Source: Folioceros fuciformis | Lineage: Eukaryota | DNA: 61,857 nucleotides | NCBI GenBank assembly: GCA_049999805.1 | Contig: JBNGIO010005482.1 | Location: 1 to 61,857, forward strand | Reading direction: 5' to 3' | In this document: positions 37,576 through 51,758 of the stretch, one piece after another | Layout of the letters: every line of letters starts with the position of its first letter | Position numbering within the stretch: position 1 is the stretch's first letter | The notes under the pieces: model-generated | Database searches by the model: none | What the model was told of the DNA's origin: nothing | The model's input: the letters and a program-made list of their open reading frames with translations, nothing else | Position numbers and translations under genes: made by a program

Positions 37576-39780
37576 TCCATTTGCCACTCGTCGGCATGCA
37601 ATTGCCATCAATGCTGAAATATATATACGTATGCTAGAATCGCTTTGAGGCATTGGAGCGCCTGGTGAGGTTTGCTCCAATGTTCTTCAACGTGCAGGTA
37701 CTCCATCTTCAAAGCGTTTGCAACTATCATTTACGCTATTTCCCTTTCATTTTGATTGTCGATCGTGTGATTTGTGGCGAGTGAGGGACGACAGGGAGTT
37801 TTGCTTGAGAGATGAACACGTGAGAAGGTTTAGATCTCTTGAGGGCTAGAGCGCTCGGCAATTTCCAGCCGCGCACTCTGCGCCAACATATAATTCAATA
37901 AGTTAGACTTCTTGTCATGCTTATCACTCTTCACCTCTGCACGGCAAGGGCGACGAGTTCCTTGTTCCCTTCCCCACAGTTGTGGGTGTTCTGCGCACAG
38001 AAATTGAAGCCTTGTCTACCTTTCCTTAATTCCTGAAGCAGTTTTCGCTTTGTGCTCGGAAGACGAGAAATTTGAATTTGAGCCATTCCCACATATCCAG
38101 ATATTGTTCCTTCAATGCAACAGGAGCAGGCACCGTGACGCCATACACTGCAAATGTCACTTCCATGTCACTGACATCGAAGTCGACTAGAGCTGGAGGG
38201 AGGAACCTTCATGAGGGATGAATAGACATGTGCACTTCTCCCGTGTTAAGGGAAAACTGTACACCTCTAACGCTCTAACGGAGAGCAAAAAATGGAGGAG
38301 ATCGAAGGAAATTAGAGATCTGAACACAGGCATGAAGTTTTGAATTTCACTTCATTTTGTCTTTTTTCCAGGAACCCAGGACGTCATAAGACGCTCGAAC
38401 ACGTTCACATTGTCAAGAGAGGCACCAACACGGAAACAAGTTCCCTAGGCTAGTTTCACGAGACAGACCACTGCAATTTGAAACCGAATCAAGATCGACA
38501 TCCGAAGACATTCGTACTTGCATCTCCAGCGCTACTACATAGAACCAGAGAAAACATAAAAAGTTTCCAAACGTTCCGGTTAGCACGGTCAATTCCGCTT
38601 ACAGTGATACTGTCGAACAGGAATGTCAAGTACGTAGTGAGGGTATGTCGAACACCATGCAGTTCTCGTGAGTGTACATAAAATGAGTGAGTAGCCAAAC
38701 ATTCTTGGGAGGCAATGCCAGCAGCTGTGCAGAAAAACAGTCTTGATTGGCGTAGCATTCGGGGGCGTTGGGATGATAGACTGTGTTCTGCCTACGGATC
38801 TCAGGAGGTCGAGATGCCAATGACTCTTGGTTGTGGGAAACGATAGTGTGCGTCCCCTCGGCACCAGGAGGAAGAAATGTATCTCGTATGCATCCTTCAT
38901 TCTCGAGAACGATAATGACGGTGTTCGGTGGTGGAGACTGCGGCCGATCACCTATGATATGACTAGGCTGGGTTCTCCTTGACTTCCTGCTTGAAGGTGA
39001 ATTGATACATTCTTGCTCTCTGCATGTTCTGTTATAGTTCCGTGTGACAAGGATTTGGATTGCGCTCCGTATAACAGTCGTCATCCGTGGGACCTAGCCA
39101 CTCCTGAGTTTTTTGGCACCCCAGTGAAGAGTTTCGCTACACGTGTAATTAAACTCTTCAGGATCGGCGATGTAGAGTCGTTTGTGCATTGAAGCTTTCA
39201 TCGGTTGGAAGACGCGGCCATTTACGTCCCCTGCAAGCATCACCCTGCGCGTACAATGAGACAGTTCAATTTAAGTAAGACAGCTGTTCTCACTTGTAAT
39301 CCCGAAAGGATCCTCAGCAATTTAAGCTTAGAAATGAAAGAGTTACAGAAGTCAGGGTTTGGATGAAACTCACCAACGTTTTAGATGAATCCAAGCATTC
39401 TGAAATAGGATGCCGTCGGGAAGAATTCTTGAAAATTGCTCAGCTCAGCATAACAGTATTATGAACTATTGAACCTTTGTGGGAAAGAAAAATTGCAGAG
39501 AGCGATACCCTCACTTCTCTTTTCTGCCCTGCACAAGCTTGACACAAATCTGCACATCTCAGCTCTGGCATGTACCTCGATCACATACGGTACCCTAGGC
39601 CGCACGTTAATCGTGATGATTATGATCGACACGCACTCGTATTGAAAGAATGCGATCTGGACACAAGACATCAATCAATCGAACACCAAAAGGCTCAAGT
39701 CGAGAAGCTGAGGATGGATGAAAACTTACAACGTCAACAACAAGCCGCCTCTCTAAACGAAAAGTCAAAGGCCGGCGTTG

Positions 39781-40227
39781 TCACAGTTCCTTCGAGGCAT
39801 CATCTTCCGGAGAGCATTCGATAAATGGAATATTGAAGCGGAGAGCAACAATCCTGTGGTACACATGTGTGTAAGCGTGGTGGTTCTCGATTTCGTTGTA
39901 GATCGCCGTTTGCTTGATCCCATCTCTCAGACACTGTTCCACAAATTGGAAGAGCGCACAAAGCTTGTACTGACTGAGATGTGGATCCTTCTTAGACTGG
40001 AGTCGATAGTGCGGTACAAACATACGCTTATAGGCTGGCGAAAACAGAGGTTTATAGTCCGCATCTATATCCCAGCGCTCAGCGTCCGTCGGATCCCGTT
40101 CTTGTACTCTGCGCTTCATACCTTTCGAAAGACAGACTGCTAAGACCAGTGTGATCGCTACGCCGCCAAGGAGTGCATAAACGGTTCGAGGCGTAGGCCG
40201 CGAGGAGTAGAGACGGGGACGTGCCAT
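39781..40227 (-). CDS. Orphan 148-aa ORF with an N-terminal membrane anchor (possibly the 5' part of a decayed gene)
   Basis: MARPRLYSSRP...VYALLGGVAITLVLAVCLS followed by a soluble-looking region; no family recognised. Confidence 0.35.
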   Translation of the reverse strand: MARPRLYSSRPTPRTVYALLGGVAITLVLAVCLSKGMKRRVQERDPTDAERWDIDADYKPLFSPAYKRMFVPHYRLQSKKDPHLSQYKLCALFQFVEQCLRDGIKQTAIYNEIENHHAYTHVYHRIVALRFNIPFIECSPEDDASKEL

Positions 40228-40899
40228 GATCAAGAACGGGCGAGGACGAATGCACCACGGAGTTCGCAGGGTTCCAGGGGCAACAGAACAGTCTACCAGA
40301 GAGCAAAATTCTTCAACCTGAAAATGTGAGCTCCAGGGTTCCACCGATGTGGCGCCTAGCTTGTGATTTAATTTAAATTCCGCTATTTGTAATGGACTTT
40401 ATTCGGATGGCTGGCATTCCTCGCCAACCACACCAACTACAAAGGGCTTTCAGAGCCATGGTTGGAGTGTGGGAATAGCGGACACCAAAGCTGCGGGCTG
40501 CAGCGCCTTCGCAGGAAATCCAGCTCGAGGGCGTTGGCCAGTACCTGGAGGGTGCTGACCTTTGTAGGATGAGGCCTGCAACACGTGAAGGTGGCGTAAC
40601 TGCTGAGATCGTGAAGAGGCTAATTGAGCAGAGCTGTTTGATGGAGGCTGTTGAGGCTCCGAGTTTTCTGGCGCGGATACGCTTGTAGAAAATTTGTTCT
40701 TCGACATATGGCGTGCGAATCGGAGACGCTCGTGGGCAATCCAATCTTGTTAATACATGTATCAAACATGTACACCTTGTTTATGCGTCACATCGACGGT
40801 TGCAAGATGCGACGGATACGGCTGCAAAGGTTTCTGTCCCAGGTGCCTCCATGTGGTCCTTCATTTCTGCTCCTGTTAAACGTGGACAAAAGCATCCAT

Positions 40900-41400
40900 C
40901 AACCTGACGTGGTTGTAGGCAACTGTTTGGTCGATTTGTCGCAAAGCGTAGCAGCCTAGAGAAAGCAGTGTTTGATGGACTTGACGAAAAGGGGGCTGCC
41001 AGTGGGGATTTGAACTACTGTCATTCGAGGGCAGCCCAGCAGGGAATGGGCCAGAAACAGGAAGCATCACTGCAGAGCTAATGAGCACGAACAAGGGATA
41101 GCTGCTACTTTGGTTACATTTGTGTGCCTTCTACAGACATGAACCAGTGTAGGCACATGTCTGTAGAAGGCACCCACCGTTGGAGGTGGGGAAGTAGCAG
41201 CTTCATGCACAAATCAGAGGAAGGGTGAGGTTTGCTTGTAGCCTTGAGTTTGGCAAAAGTGTGGCAACCTCGAGGCTGGTGCAATATCATATAGGATGCA
41301 CTCGGTGTAGGACACATCGTCACGTGGCCTGTTCTGAAATGCATAATACAAGATGGTCTAGATATTGGCTCAGTTTCTCCATATCCGAGCTTTTGCAACA
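40900..41400 (+). pseudogene. Decayed PLS-PPR fragment
   Basis: Broken frames give PDVVVGNCLVDL, AVFDGL, LVTFVCLL and QLHAQI. Confidence 0.65.
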
Positions 41401-41664
41401 AAGGCAGATCATGGAAGACAGGCCAGAGAAGGCTGTTACCAGCAAATAGTGCCGGTTTACATTACCATTCCCCGGCCATGGCCATCTGGACCTCACTTAG
41501 TATACGGTATCCCAGATCTATGTCAACTGCAGAGTGGCAGGAATAGACCAAAATTAGGAGGGGGACATATTATTGGAGACTCACCAACGTTGTGGATCGG
41601 GTGGGCTGACATTGTCGATGATTCTCCAGCTTTCCCATCAGCCCCAACTCCGACCCAACAAAAT

Positions 41665-43418
<1,754 letters not shown>

Positions 43419-44239
43419 CGCGGCTCCGACTGATGGAGAAGTGCCAAAATGTGGGAGGCAAGATCGACTGCCCGTGAGCGCAAGAGGGAAGGCGATGACA
43501 ACTCCCAAGGTTGCCAAGATTTAGAAGTCTAGGACTCGGAAGATAGAGAGGGAATGCTGTACAGACACATATGTAGATACATTTGTAAGCGAGGGAGGAA
43601 GTCAGGCAGGCAAGCAGGAGGAGTTGCAAGACCGCGCTCGGCCTGTGGAAGCGGCGGGACTGATGGCATTTGATGGGCGCAGTGTGGGTCAGGACAGGAC
43701 AGGACTGTTCCGGACGCCCGAAATTGAGGCGGGCCAGGAGGATTGGTGTTATGACCGGCCTAATGCTTGCGTTTTTTCCCGCAAGTTGCAGAATGCAGAG
43801 CACGATTGCAGTTTGGAGAGAGCGCGTTGCCCGCTGGGAGCCTAAAAGAGTGTCAGCGCCTTCTCCAGATGCCGCCTGCAGGATGTATGTACAGTACAAC
43901 TGCTGCGCTGCATGCTGTAGTTTACTGTCCATCACATGCTCCTTTGGCTTGGGGTACAGGATAGGACATCATACCAAACTTAGAGTACATGTGCTGTTTA
44001 ATCTAGGTTGAACACAAGCGTGAGTGCATTCATGCATGCCGATGAGGATGGAGTGGGAAGGAATGGCGCGTTGGGTACGAGTCATGTGAGATGCGATTCG
44101 TGAGCTGGCCAGGCTGTGATGACGGGACAGAGCTGCTTCGTGTTTACTATAATATGCATTCTTCATCTCAAGCCTTGGGGTTCGATGGGGCCGGTACTGT
44201 ACCTGGGTTGACAATGTCTCCCTAGCATTTAAAGCCTAC

Positions 44240-45025
44240 CAGGGATTGCCCGCTGGAGGAGCTGCCAGAGTGGGCTCTCAGGACCCGAGAGTCTAGACTT
44301 GCACCAGGCATGGGCGACGGAGCCACTTCACACGGTCGATGTTTTGGACTCGGCCTATGAGGAGAGCAGCGCATGACTGTAGGTGTGGAGTGGTGGACCA
44401 CACGGTGTGTGCTGATTTTCATGAAATGGACGCCAACTTCTTGACCTGCGGGCTGGACACTGGGAGGTCAGGGAAGGACGGACTGGACAGGACAGGACTG
44501 TTGATGGTGTGAAGATAGTTTTGGGCTTCGGAGCCTGATGGGTTTACTGGCAGGGTGCAGGGAATGTTGCCGTACATTCTTCTAGGGCAGGTCTTGTTCG
44601 CTCGTGTTTCGGGGCATCATGAAGCGGGGGTATCGCCTGTATGGTGTCCTGCTGCTGCCTGCATGGGTTGCGTGGTGCTGATGGATACCTCACTTTATGA
44701 CACACTGAATCTGTGCTGCAGGCCCCTAGGCAGTCTCCTGGGCACGTACATGCACAGATCGATCCCTCATGACTGCGGTGATCACTCATCACTTCTTTTC
44801 GCGTCCTCCATGCTCCAAAGCAGAGAGAGCAAACCATAGGTGCAGGAAGATTGCTACAAGCGTAACTTTTATCAGGCCCGGGGCAGTCGTTTCGGATTCT
44901 CATGGACGCAAACAATCCTGGTTAGTGTTAGCTGTCACATGAATGACCTCACCTGGACCTGATCAACCTGGAGAGGGCTTGCAACAGACCACACTTGTCA
45001 ACCCTGGCTGAACAAGGCAGCATGG
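44240..45025 (+). repeat. Diverged direct repeat, copy 1 (copy 2 at about 50763-51475)
   Basis: Shared blocks, e.g. ccagagtgggctc, gtgtggagtggtggaccac, ttcatgaaatggacgccaacttcttga, atacctcacttt, tggacctgatca. Confidence 0.85.
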
Positions 45026-45639
45026 TCTTGGTCATCCACATGTTTGTTTTGGAGGTTTCATAAAGGGGTCTCATTCCGCACTGCCTTGCTGAACACGTCC
45101 TATGCTTGTGCCCATCCTCCCGAGTACATAATCACCGACACCGCAGGCAGAGGGCCTTTTCAGATCGTCGAAGTTGGCTTCTCTAGCAAACCGCTGACGT
45201 CACTCGGCTCTCCTTCAGACGGGGGGAAGCCTTAGATGAAATTCCTCTTCCCAATCAATCTCGTCATGAAACAAACTGTAATGTGTGTCTGTTTGAGAAG
45301 CTAAGGGTCAACGAAAGAGTTCGGGAACCACATCACGGCTGGAGGGTTGACGGGTATGTCCGGTCGACCTTCCCCTGGCGTAATTTCAAGGAAGGGTCGG
45401 TTGACGTACAGCCAAGTCCGGAGAAAGCACGTTGGCAGGAGTGAGGTCGTTGAAGAAAATAAAGTTGTCTGGCTAGATGCGGATCTTCAGGAGAGCAGAA
45501 GCTGTGGAGGAAACATCTGTTTTGGAGGCGGTTCTTGGGTGGGGAAAAATGTGAAGTGAGAAGAGCATCTTGTTCTGCTGCAAAGGCATCCCGAGGAACG
45601 TGTGTGAGTGGTACCCCAAGAGTGACTCATGCTCATGAA

Positions 45640-45735
45640 CGGACTTCCTGAGGCTGTGGTGACGGGGAATGCGATGATAGCAGGATATTCCCAGTAGGAC
45701 ATGGGGCATGTAGCCCTCCCGCTCTGCAGTGGAGG
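45640..45735 (+). pseudogene. Decayed PPR P-motif fragment
   Basis: LPEAVVTGNAMIAGYSQ*DMG versus DVVTWTTMIAGYSQQGRG in the intact gene. Confidence 0.6.
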
Positions 45736-45970
45736 CGTGGCACTACATTGAAGACAGGGACGTTATGGCAACCACAGAGGAGATGCATCACCACCCTCAC
45801 GTTTTCCGTCCTTTTTCTCTTTACAATAACACAGTCTGTAGTCATACTCGAGAACGGATGGATGGAATGAAACACTTTGTGGCGTCTTCACCTTATGTTT
45901 CCAGCAAGGTATGGGGAAGGAAACATTGCATACCAAATAAGTTGTTGCTGCATACAAAAATAAGCAGCAA

Positions 45971-46098
45971 GATCTTCCAATGTTGACACATTGTTCTGAA
46001 ATATAGGCCGCATGATCTCCTAGTATTGAAACCTTTTTCTGAACTATAGGCCGCATGATCTTCCAATGTTGAGACCCCGTTCTACACTACAAGCCGGT
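45971..46098. repeat. ~43-bp tandem repeat, about 3 copies
   Basis: gatcttccaatgttga...ttctgaa[a/c]tataggccgcat recurs. Confidence 0.75.
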
Positions 46099-46653
46099 TC
46101 TCGAACATAAGAATGTTTCCACGCATTCCTTCATGCCACGCTCTACACTGTTTACATGAACGGTCCCTCGCCTTTCCTCACCCTTCACGTCACACTCCAC
46201 ACTATTATCGTACTTCGCCCTGGACCATTATCAACTTCCAACATCCCCGACTGGAAGCTGCGACACCGCCATAAGGGGATTGTAAGCTGCAGAATGCCTC
46301 ACTCACGCTTCACCTTGTTTCGCATTCATGCATCTTCAAACTGGAGAAATTGCAGAAAGACGGACAAGACATACTGCCTTCGAACGCTAGGACCGCGGCC
46401 AGAATCATCCACAAGCCAAACCGCTGTAACAAACTGAGGCCGCGGACAAGACTCCCTCCTGGTCGGGGAGGGGAGGGGGCACCGAGAGGCCGAGATCCAT
46501 CCTCTCCCGCTCGGGGAGGGAGGCCGAGCTCGGCCGCACGCCCGCAGAGGCCGGCGGCTCTCCGGTCCCAGGCCGGGCCCGATCCCTGCCCGAGCCCGGA
46601 CACCACCCGGCCCCAGGCTGAGGGCGGGGGCCTCCACCCCAGGGCCCCTTCCC

Positions 46654-46753
46654 NNNNNNNNNNNNNNNNNNNNNNNNNNNNNNNNNNNNNNNNNNNNNNN
46701 NNNNNNNNNNNNNNNNNNNNNNNNNNNNNNNNNNNNNNNNNNNNNNNNNNNNN
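46654..46753. other. Assembly gap (100 N) flanked by very GC-rich sequence
   Basis: N run read directly. Confidence 0.99.
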
Positions 46754-47664
46754 AGTTCGCGGCCCGCGAGCTCCGCATCCGATCCCTGGAGCCCGTGAGG
46801 GCGAGCCCGCTGTCCCCAAGTCCGCCCAAGTCAGACTGGGTATGATAAAGTTTATTCTGGATTATCGATGAATGCAACATGGACAACGTACAATGTACAT
46901 TGCAAATGCACAATGTGCAATTCGTGAGACAGGCAAAATGTTAACTCCTAGGTGGTCTTAACTGCGACCACTTTGGCAAGGCCCCGGAAGGAACATCTTA
47001 CCAAGCCATAAGCTGAATGTACCCAAATCTACCTAGGATAAAGTAGTAGAAAACTGGGCCGCTTCCTCTCCTCTGTGCTACGCGATAAGAGAGCCCTCCT
47101 CCAAGAATTCAATCATGGTATTCCATGACGATTAGGAACAAGTTCACAAACCCTAACGCGCCAGACAGTCCTGATTCAAGAATGAAATCAAAGTCCTCGG
47201 TTACGGCTAGAAACCAATTCGAAAGCGCTCCACAAAGTCCTCACTTACATGCCAGTGGAAACTCCTCATGATCGGGCAACTCCTCAGGGATCTACGATGC
47301 AGAGTCGCTCATGGTATGAAGCTTTCACAGGTTAAACTACGTGGCCATCGGTGCCTCTGGGAGCACCCCCCTGCATGTACAATGCGCATGTTAAACTTAC
47401 ATTTATCAGTGCAAAAGATGGTCACCAATCATGAATAAGATCGACTCGCACTTGCAATGCAATAATTCTGTTTCCTTTGCCCCTTGGAAACAAGACATTA
47501 ATCGGCCATACACCGAACGACTAAGTCATGAAGCTGAGGATGAATGACAGCGGACAAAGTCGGAGACGCCAATCCCACTCTCTGAACAAAAAGCTAAAGA
47601 CGTGCTCACCGAGATCAGCTTCAGCTGGCTTTGGAACTTAGCTGTCTCAGGAGAATTCGGGTCT

Positions 47665-47955
47665 TCATAGATCATATGGTCGAGACGTAGATCTAGGTGA
47701 CTGGTCGTCGTGCTCCTCTTCATTCCATCTCGGACTTCCATCCTTGCTATTTGCGCCATCGCGATTGAACAGTCCGCAAAGAAAGTCGAATAATTCGCTC
47801 CATTCAGGATCGTAGTCACAGAATGTTTCAAACAGATACCATGACATCATTGCAGAGAATCCGATGGCTACGCCGACCATGAATGAAGAGCCACCAGGGG
47901 ACCTCAGCAAAAAGTTGAGACGACGTCCCATGATTCCGCTGAGACGACGCGCCAT
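47665..47955 (-). CDS. Orphan small single-pass membrane protein, tandem copy A (96 aa)
   Basis: FMVGVAIGFSAMMSWYLF helix; homologous to 49220-49474 with TGA at the equivalent position. Confidence 0.45.
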   Translation of the reverse strand: MARRLSGIMGRRLNFLLRSPGGSSFMVGVAIGFSAMMSWYLFETFCDYDPEWSELFDFLCGLFNRDGANSKDGSPRWNEEEHDDQSPRSTSRPYDL

Positions 47956-49219
47956 GATCACCAATGCGTCTGTGAAGTGGTAGGGTTTCAGCGGGGCGTA
48001 AAACAGATCCACAAGTAGAGTTCGCTCAGGCGACCGAACGTCTTCTCGAAGGTGAGCTCCGGATATTTGAAAATGCCAGACGGGACACACCAACGGGTGT
48101 CCAATTTGTGATCTCTAGTATATTAAATTAAAATTAAAGCCACTCCTTCGGGGCCGTAGCCGGGAGGTGGAAGATCCTGACACTCGTCATGTTAGGGCTG
48201 CAGGATTTGAAACCGGGCGAGAGAGTCGTGTAACAAAAGAATCAAAGTAGCCCTTCTTCCTCATTCAAACTTTATAATCCGGGCATCAAGATCTATCCAA
48301 GATAGCATGACGTTGAGAAGAAAAAAAATCCAGGTCCAGTCATGACTAGAAACAAGTTCGAAAGCCATAACACGTCAAGAACTTCTCGTTCAAGAATTAC
48401 ATCAGGGTCCTCGGTCAGTTCAAAAAGCCCTAAACACGCCAGAAGGTCGTGGTTCAAGAACCGAATCAAGGTCTTCAGTTACGGCTAGACACAAACTCCA
48501 AATGCCATCCGGAGAGTCCTCAAATACAAGTCTGGAAACTCCTCAGGATCTACGGTGCAGACTCGTCTCTGTTCACAAGCTTCCACAATTTGGACTACGA
48601 GGCCATTGGTGTCTGACGCTACCGCCACCCTGCATGTACAATGAGGATGTTCAACTTTCAGTAACGGAGTGAACTAAGAGGTGCTCACCATTGAAAGCTC
48701 ACGAAACCAGAACGTGATACACTTTGTCTCAATGGCCTGTCGACATGGAAACGTTCTACATGACGATATGGTGTGTTTTCACTGACATCAAGCCAAACTC
48801 ACTGGATGCGATGGCGCTCAGCTCAGGATGAATACACTACGCGACCTTGAATACACATTTTCAAACTATGTCGGAAAGAAAAATTGCACACACAACGTTA
48901 CACCGCCGGTACATTGCTTGACAAGAACCCGGACATTCTGCACCTCCAGTGTCTCATGAGAATCACAAACACTCGTCCATCATGAATAGACGACTCGTAC
49001 TTGCAATGAAAGAATGCGGCTGTCTTTTCCTCTTGCAAGCAAGACATCAATCGACGGCCAGACTACAAAGCGACTGAAGTAAAGAATTCCTGAGGATACA
49101 TGACAGCTGACAAAGACAACGACGCCAATGCCATGCTCTAAACAACAAGTTAAGGCGTGCTTACCGAGATCAGCTTCAGATTGCTCCGGAACGTGCCTGA
49201 CACACAAGAATTCGGGTCT

Positions 49220-49474
49220 TCACCATTCTGCAAGTGGGGAAGGAACTGTAGGTTGCTGGTCCGCGCCCTCTTCATTGTATGTTCTACCTCCATCCCTGCT
49301 ATTTGCGCGATCACGCTCCGACATTCGGTGAACATATTCCAACAGTTTCTTCCTCGCAGGGGCCTCATAATGTCTAAACAGATACAGTGAGAGCAGCGCA
49401 GAGAATCCGATCGCCAAGCTTTGATAGCCATTAGGAGGCGTAGGCAGCCAGTCGAAAAAGAAACGTGCCATCAT
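49220..49474 (-). CDS. Orphan small single-pass membrane protein, tandem copy B (84 aa)
   Basis: SLAIGFSALLSLYLF helix; RDxANSxDG...NEE shared with copy A. Confidence 0.45.
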   Translation of the reverse strand: MMARFFFDWLPTPPNGYQSLAIGFSALLSLYLFRHYEAPARKKLLEYVHRMSERDRANSRDGGRTYNEEGADQQPTVPSPLAEW

Positions 49475-49819
49475 CAAGATTGCGCGAAGAAGAATGCGTC
49501 TGACAACTGGTAGGGTGCCAGTGAAGTGAAAAAAAACGATCTCCGAGGATAGTTCTCTCATGCGAGCGAATGTCTTCTCGAATGTGAGCTCCGGATATTT
49601 GAACGTTCCAGACGGGACACACCTATGGGTGTCCGATTTGTGATCTTTTGTAAAGCAAATTGAAATTAAAATGCTCCAATTTATAATCAGCTCTATTTAC
49701 TCTTCCTCCTTACTAGTACATTGCGCTCCTTAGAGGCTTCACAGAGCCATGGCTGCTGGAGCGTGCCGATTGAGAGTCACTCCAAGTCACCTGTTGAGTT
49801 GACAAGGCAATATTTCGCA

Positions 49820-50525
49820 CATATTCTGTGACATTTGTGTGCTTTATGCAGGCATGTGTGAGTGTAGGTGACCTAGAATTGGAGGTGGAGAAGTGGCTTC
49901 GCACACAAATCAAAGAAAAAGGAGATCAAGCTAATGTTGTTGTGATTGGGAGAATGGGTTCAGGATACTCCGCAGCTAATTTAAGGCAACTTGATCACAA
50001 AGATGTCGGGATAGTGATCTCTCTTAACGTACGATCTACCCAACAGGGTACGGGAAAGGAATCCCTTCATCTTCATCTCTACAGTGGTATACAAGCAGTA
50101 GGCATCACAGGACCCGATTCTGTGACTTTCGTCTGCCTCCTGCAGGCATGGAACCCCAGTTTTGGAGACAGGGAACAAGATTCATGTGAAAGGTAGTGAA
50201 CTATGACATCAGTATGATAGCCATTTGTAGCCAGCAGCTTCACAAGCATGTAAAGCGTGGCAGTCTGTAGGATGCTTAGACACTACTGGATGGACTTCAT
50301 TGAGACAATGTGGTCCCGTGGAATGTCAAATTTCATGGTATTCCTAGGTCAGGAGGCCATTCGCCTCCACAGTGCTATCCAAGAAAAGGGCGCCAACACA
50401 CCCTATTCAGTGACAATTGCGTGTCTCCTACGGGCATTGGGGTGGAGGCATCTTCGGCTTCGAAGATGGGGAAGCAGCTTCATGCATAAGTTACAAAAAC
50501 GGGACGTCACATTTATGTGTGTTTA
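49820..50525 (+). pseudogene. Decayed PLS-PPR fragment
   Basis: VTFVCFMQACVSVGDLE, GITGPDSVTFVCLLQAW, GQEAIRLHSAIQEKG and SVTIACLLRA in disrupted frames. Confidence 0.75.
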
Positions 50526-50762
50526 GCCAACAGCGTGGCCTCATGTTCCCGAACCCCGAATCCAACGGGTTGAAGGCTAAAACGAGTGGCAGCCCCTTCC
50601 CAAGATGCCGCTTGCAAGGTATTTGGTTGTGATGGCTGTTAAGAGCTTCTGTTTTCACTATAATATCTGTTCTTCTTTCAAAGTTCTCAGGTTTGATGGG
50701 GCCGTTACTGCCCCTGGGTTGACGTGGCCTCTCCCTGACTCTTCATGACCTTCGAAGCCCAA

Positions 50763-51475
50763 CAGGCATTGCAGCTGGAGAAGCTACCAGAGTGGGCTCA
50801 CCAGGCGTGGGCAACGGAGTCGCTTCACAATGTCGTTGTTTTGGAGTCAGCGTAGGAGGAGAGCAGCCCAGGACTGTAGGGTGTGGAGTGGTGGACCACA
50901 GCTTTTGTTGAATTTCATGAAATGGACGCCAACTTCTTGAACTGAGGGCTGCACACTCCGATGTCAGAGAGAGACTGGACTGTCAGTGGTCTGAAGATGG
51001 CGTTGGGCTTTGGAATATGTCGAGACTGTTGCCGTACCTCGTCCTAGGGCAGCTCTTGTTTGCACGTGTTTAGGGGCCTAACGAAGCATGGGATTGCCGG
51101 TAAATCCAGTATGATGTATTGCTTATGGGTTGTGTGGTGCTGTAGTATACCTCACTTTGTGACAGTGAATCTTTGCTGTTGGCCCGTAGGCCTCATGGGC
51201 AGCCACACAGGTCGAACCCTCAGGGCTGTAGGTGGCTTCTGTTTAAGTCCTCCAGGCTCCAAAGCAGGGAGAGCAAATCATGAATGTAGGGAGTTTGCCA
51301 CAAGCATAGGTTTATCTGAGGCACTCGTTTCCGGTAGCATCCGGATTCTCATGGAAGGAAACAATCCTAGTAAGTTAGCTATCACATAAATGACCCCAGC
51401 TGGACCTGATCAGCCAGGGAAAGGCTTGCACCTGCCACCAGCCCCACTGTCAAGCCTGGCTAAACAAGGCTGGTC
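50763..51475 (+). repeat. Diverged direct repeat, copy 2 of 44240-45025
   Basis: Same shared blocks as copy 1. Confidence 0.85.
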
Positions 51476-51758
51476 TTCTGGCCTAGATTCTGTGGTTCTC
51501 ATATACAGTTGTTCATACGAGGTGTTCAGATGGTAAGCAACAGCATCTGGTCGGAAAGTGGTAGGAAGATCGATTATGTGCACCTAAACCAACCCATCAG
51601 TTCTTACTAGCTGCTTTCTCTCATCTCCACTGTCGGTTGCTACCTCTTACTTGTCTTTGGAACAACAGCTGATCCTCTTGTGTCGTTCATGGGTGTTGTG
51701 AGGACTGGCAAATAGGAAGGGCGACTTGTCTTGCAATGGAGGGCATGACGCGCATATA

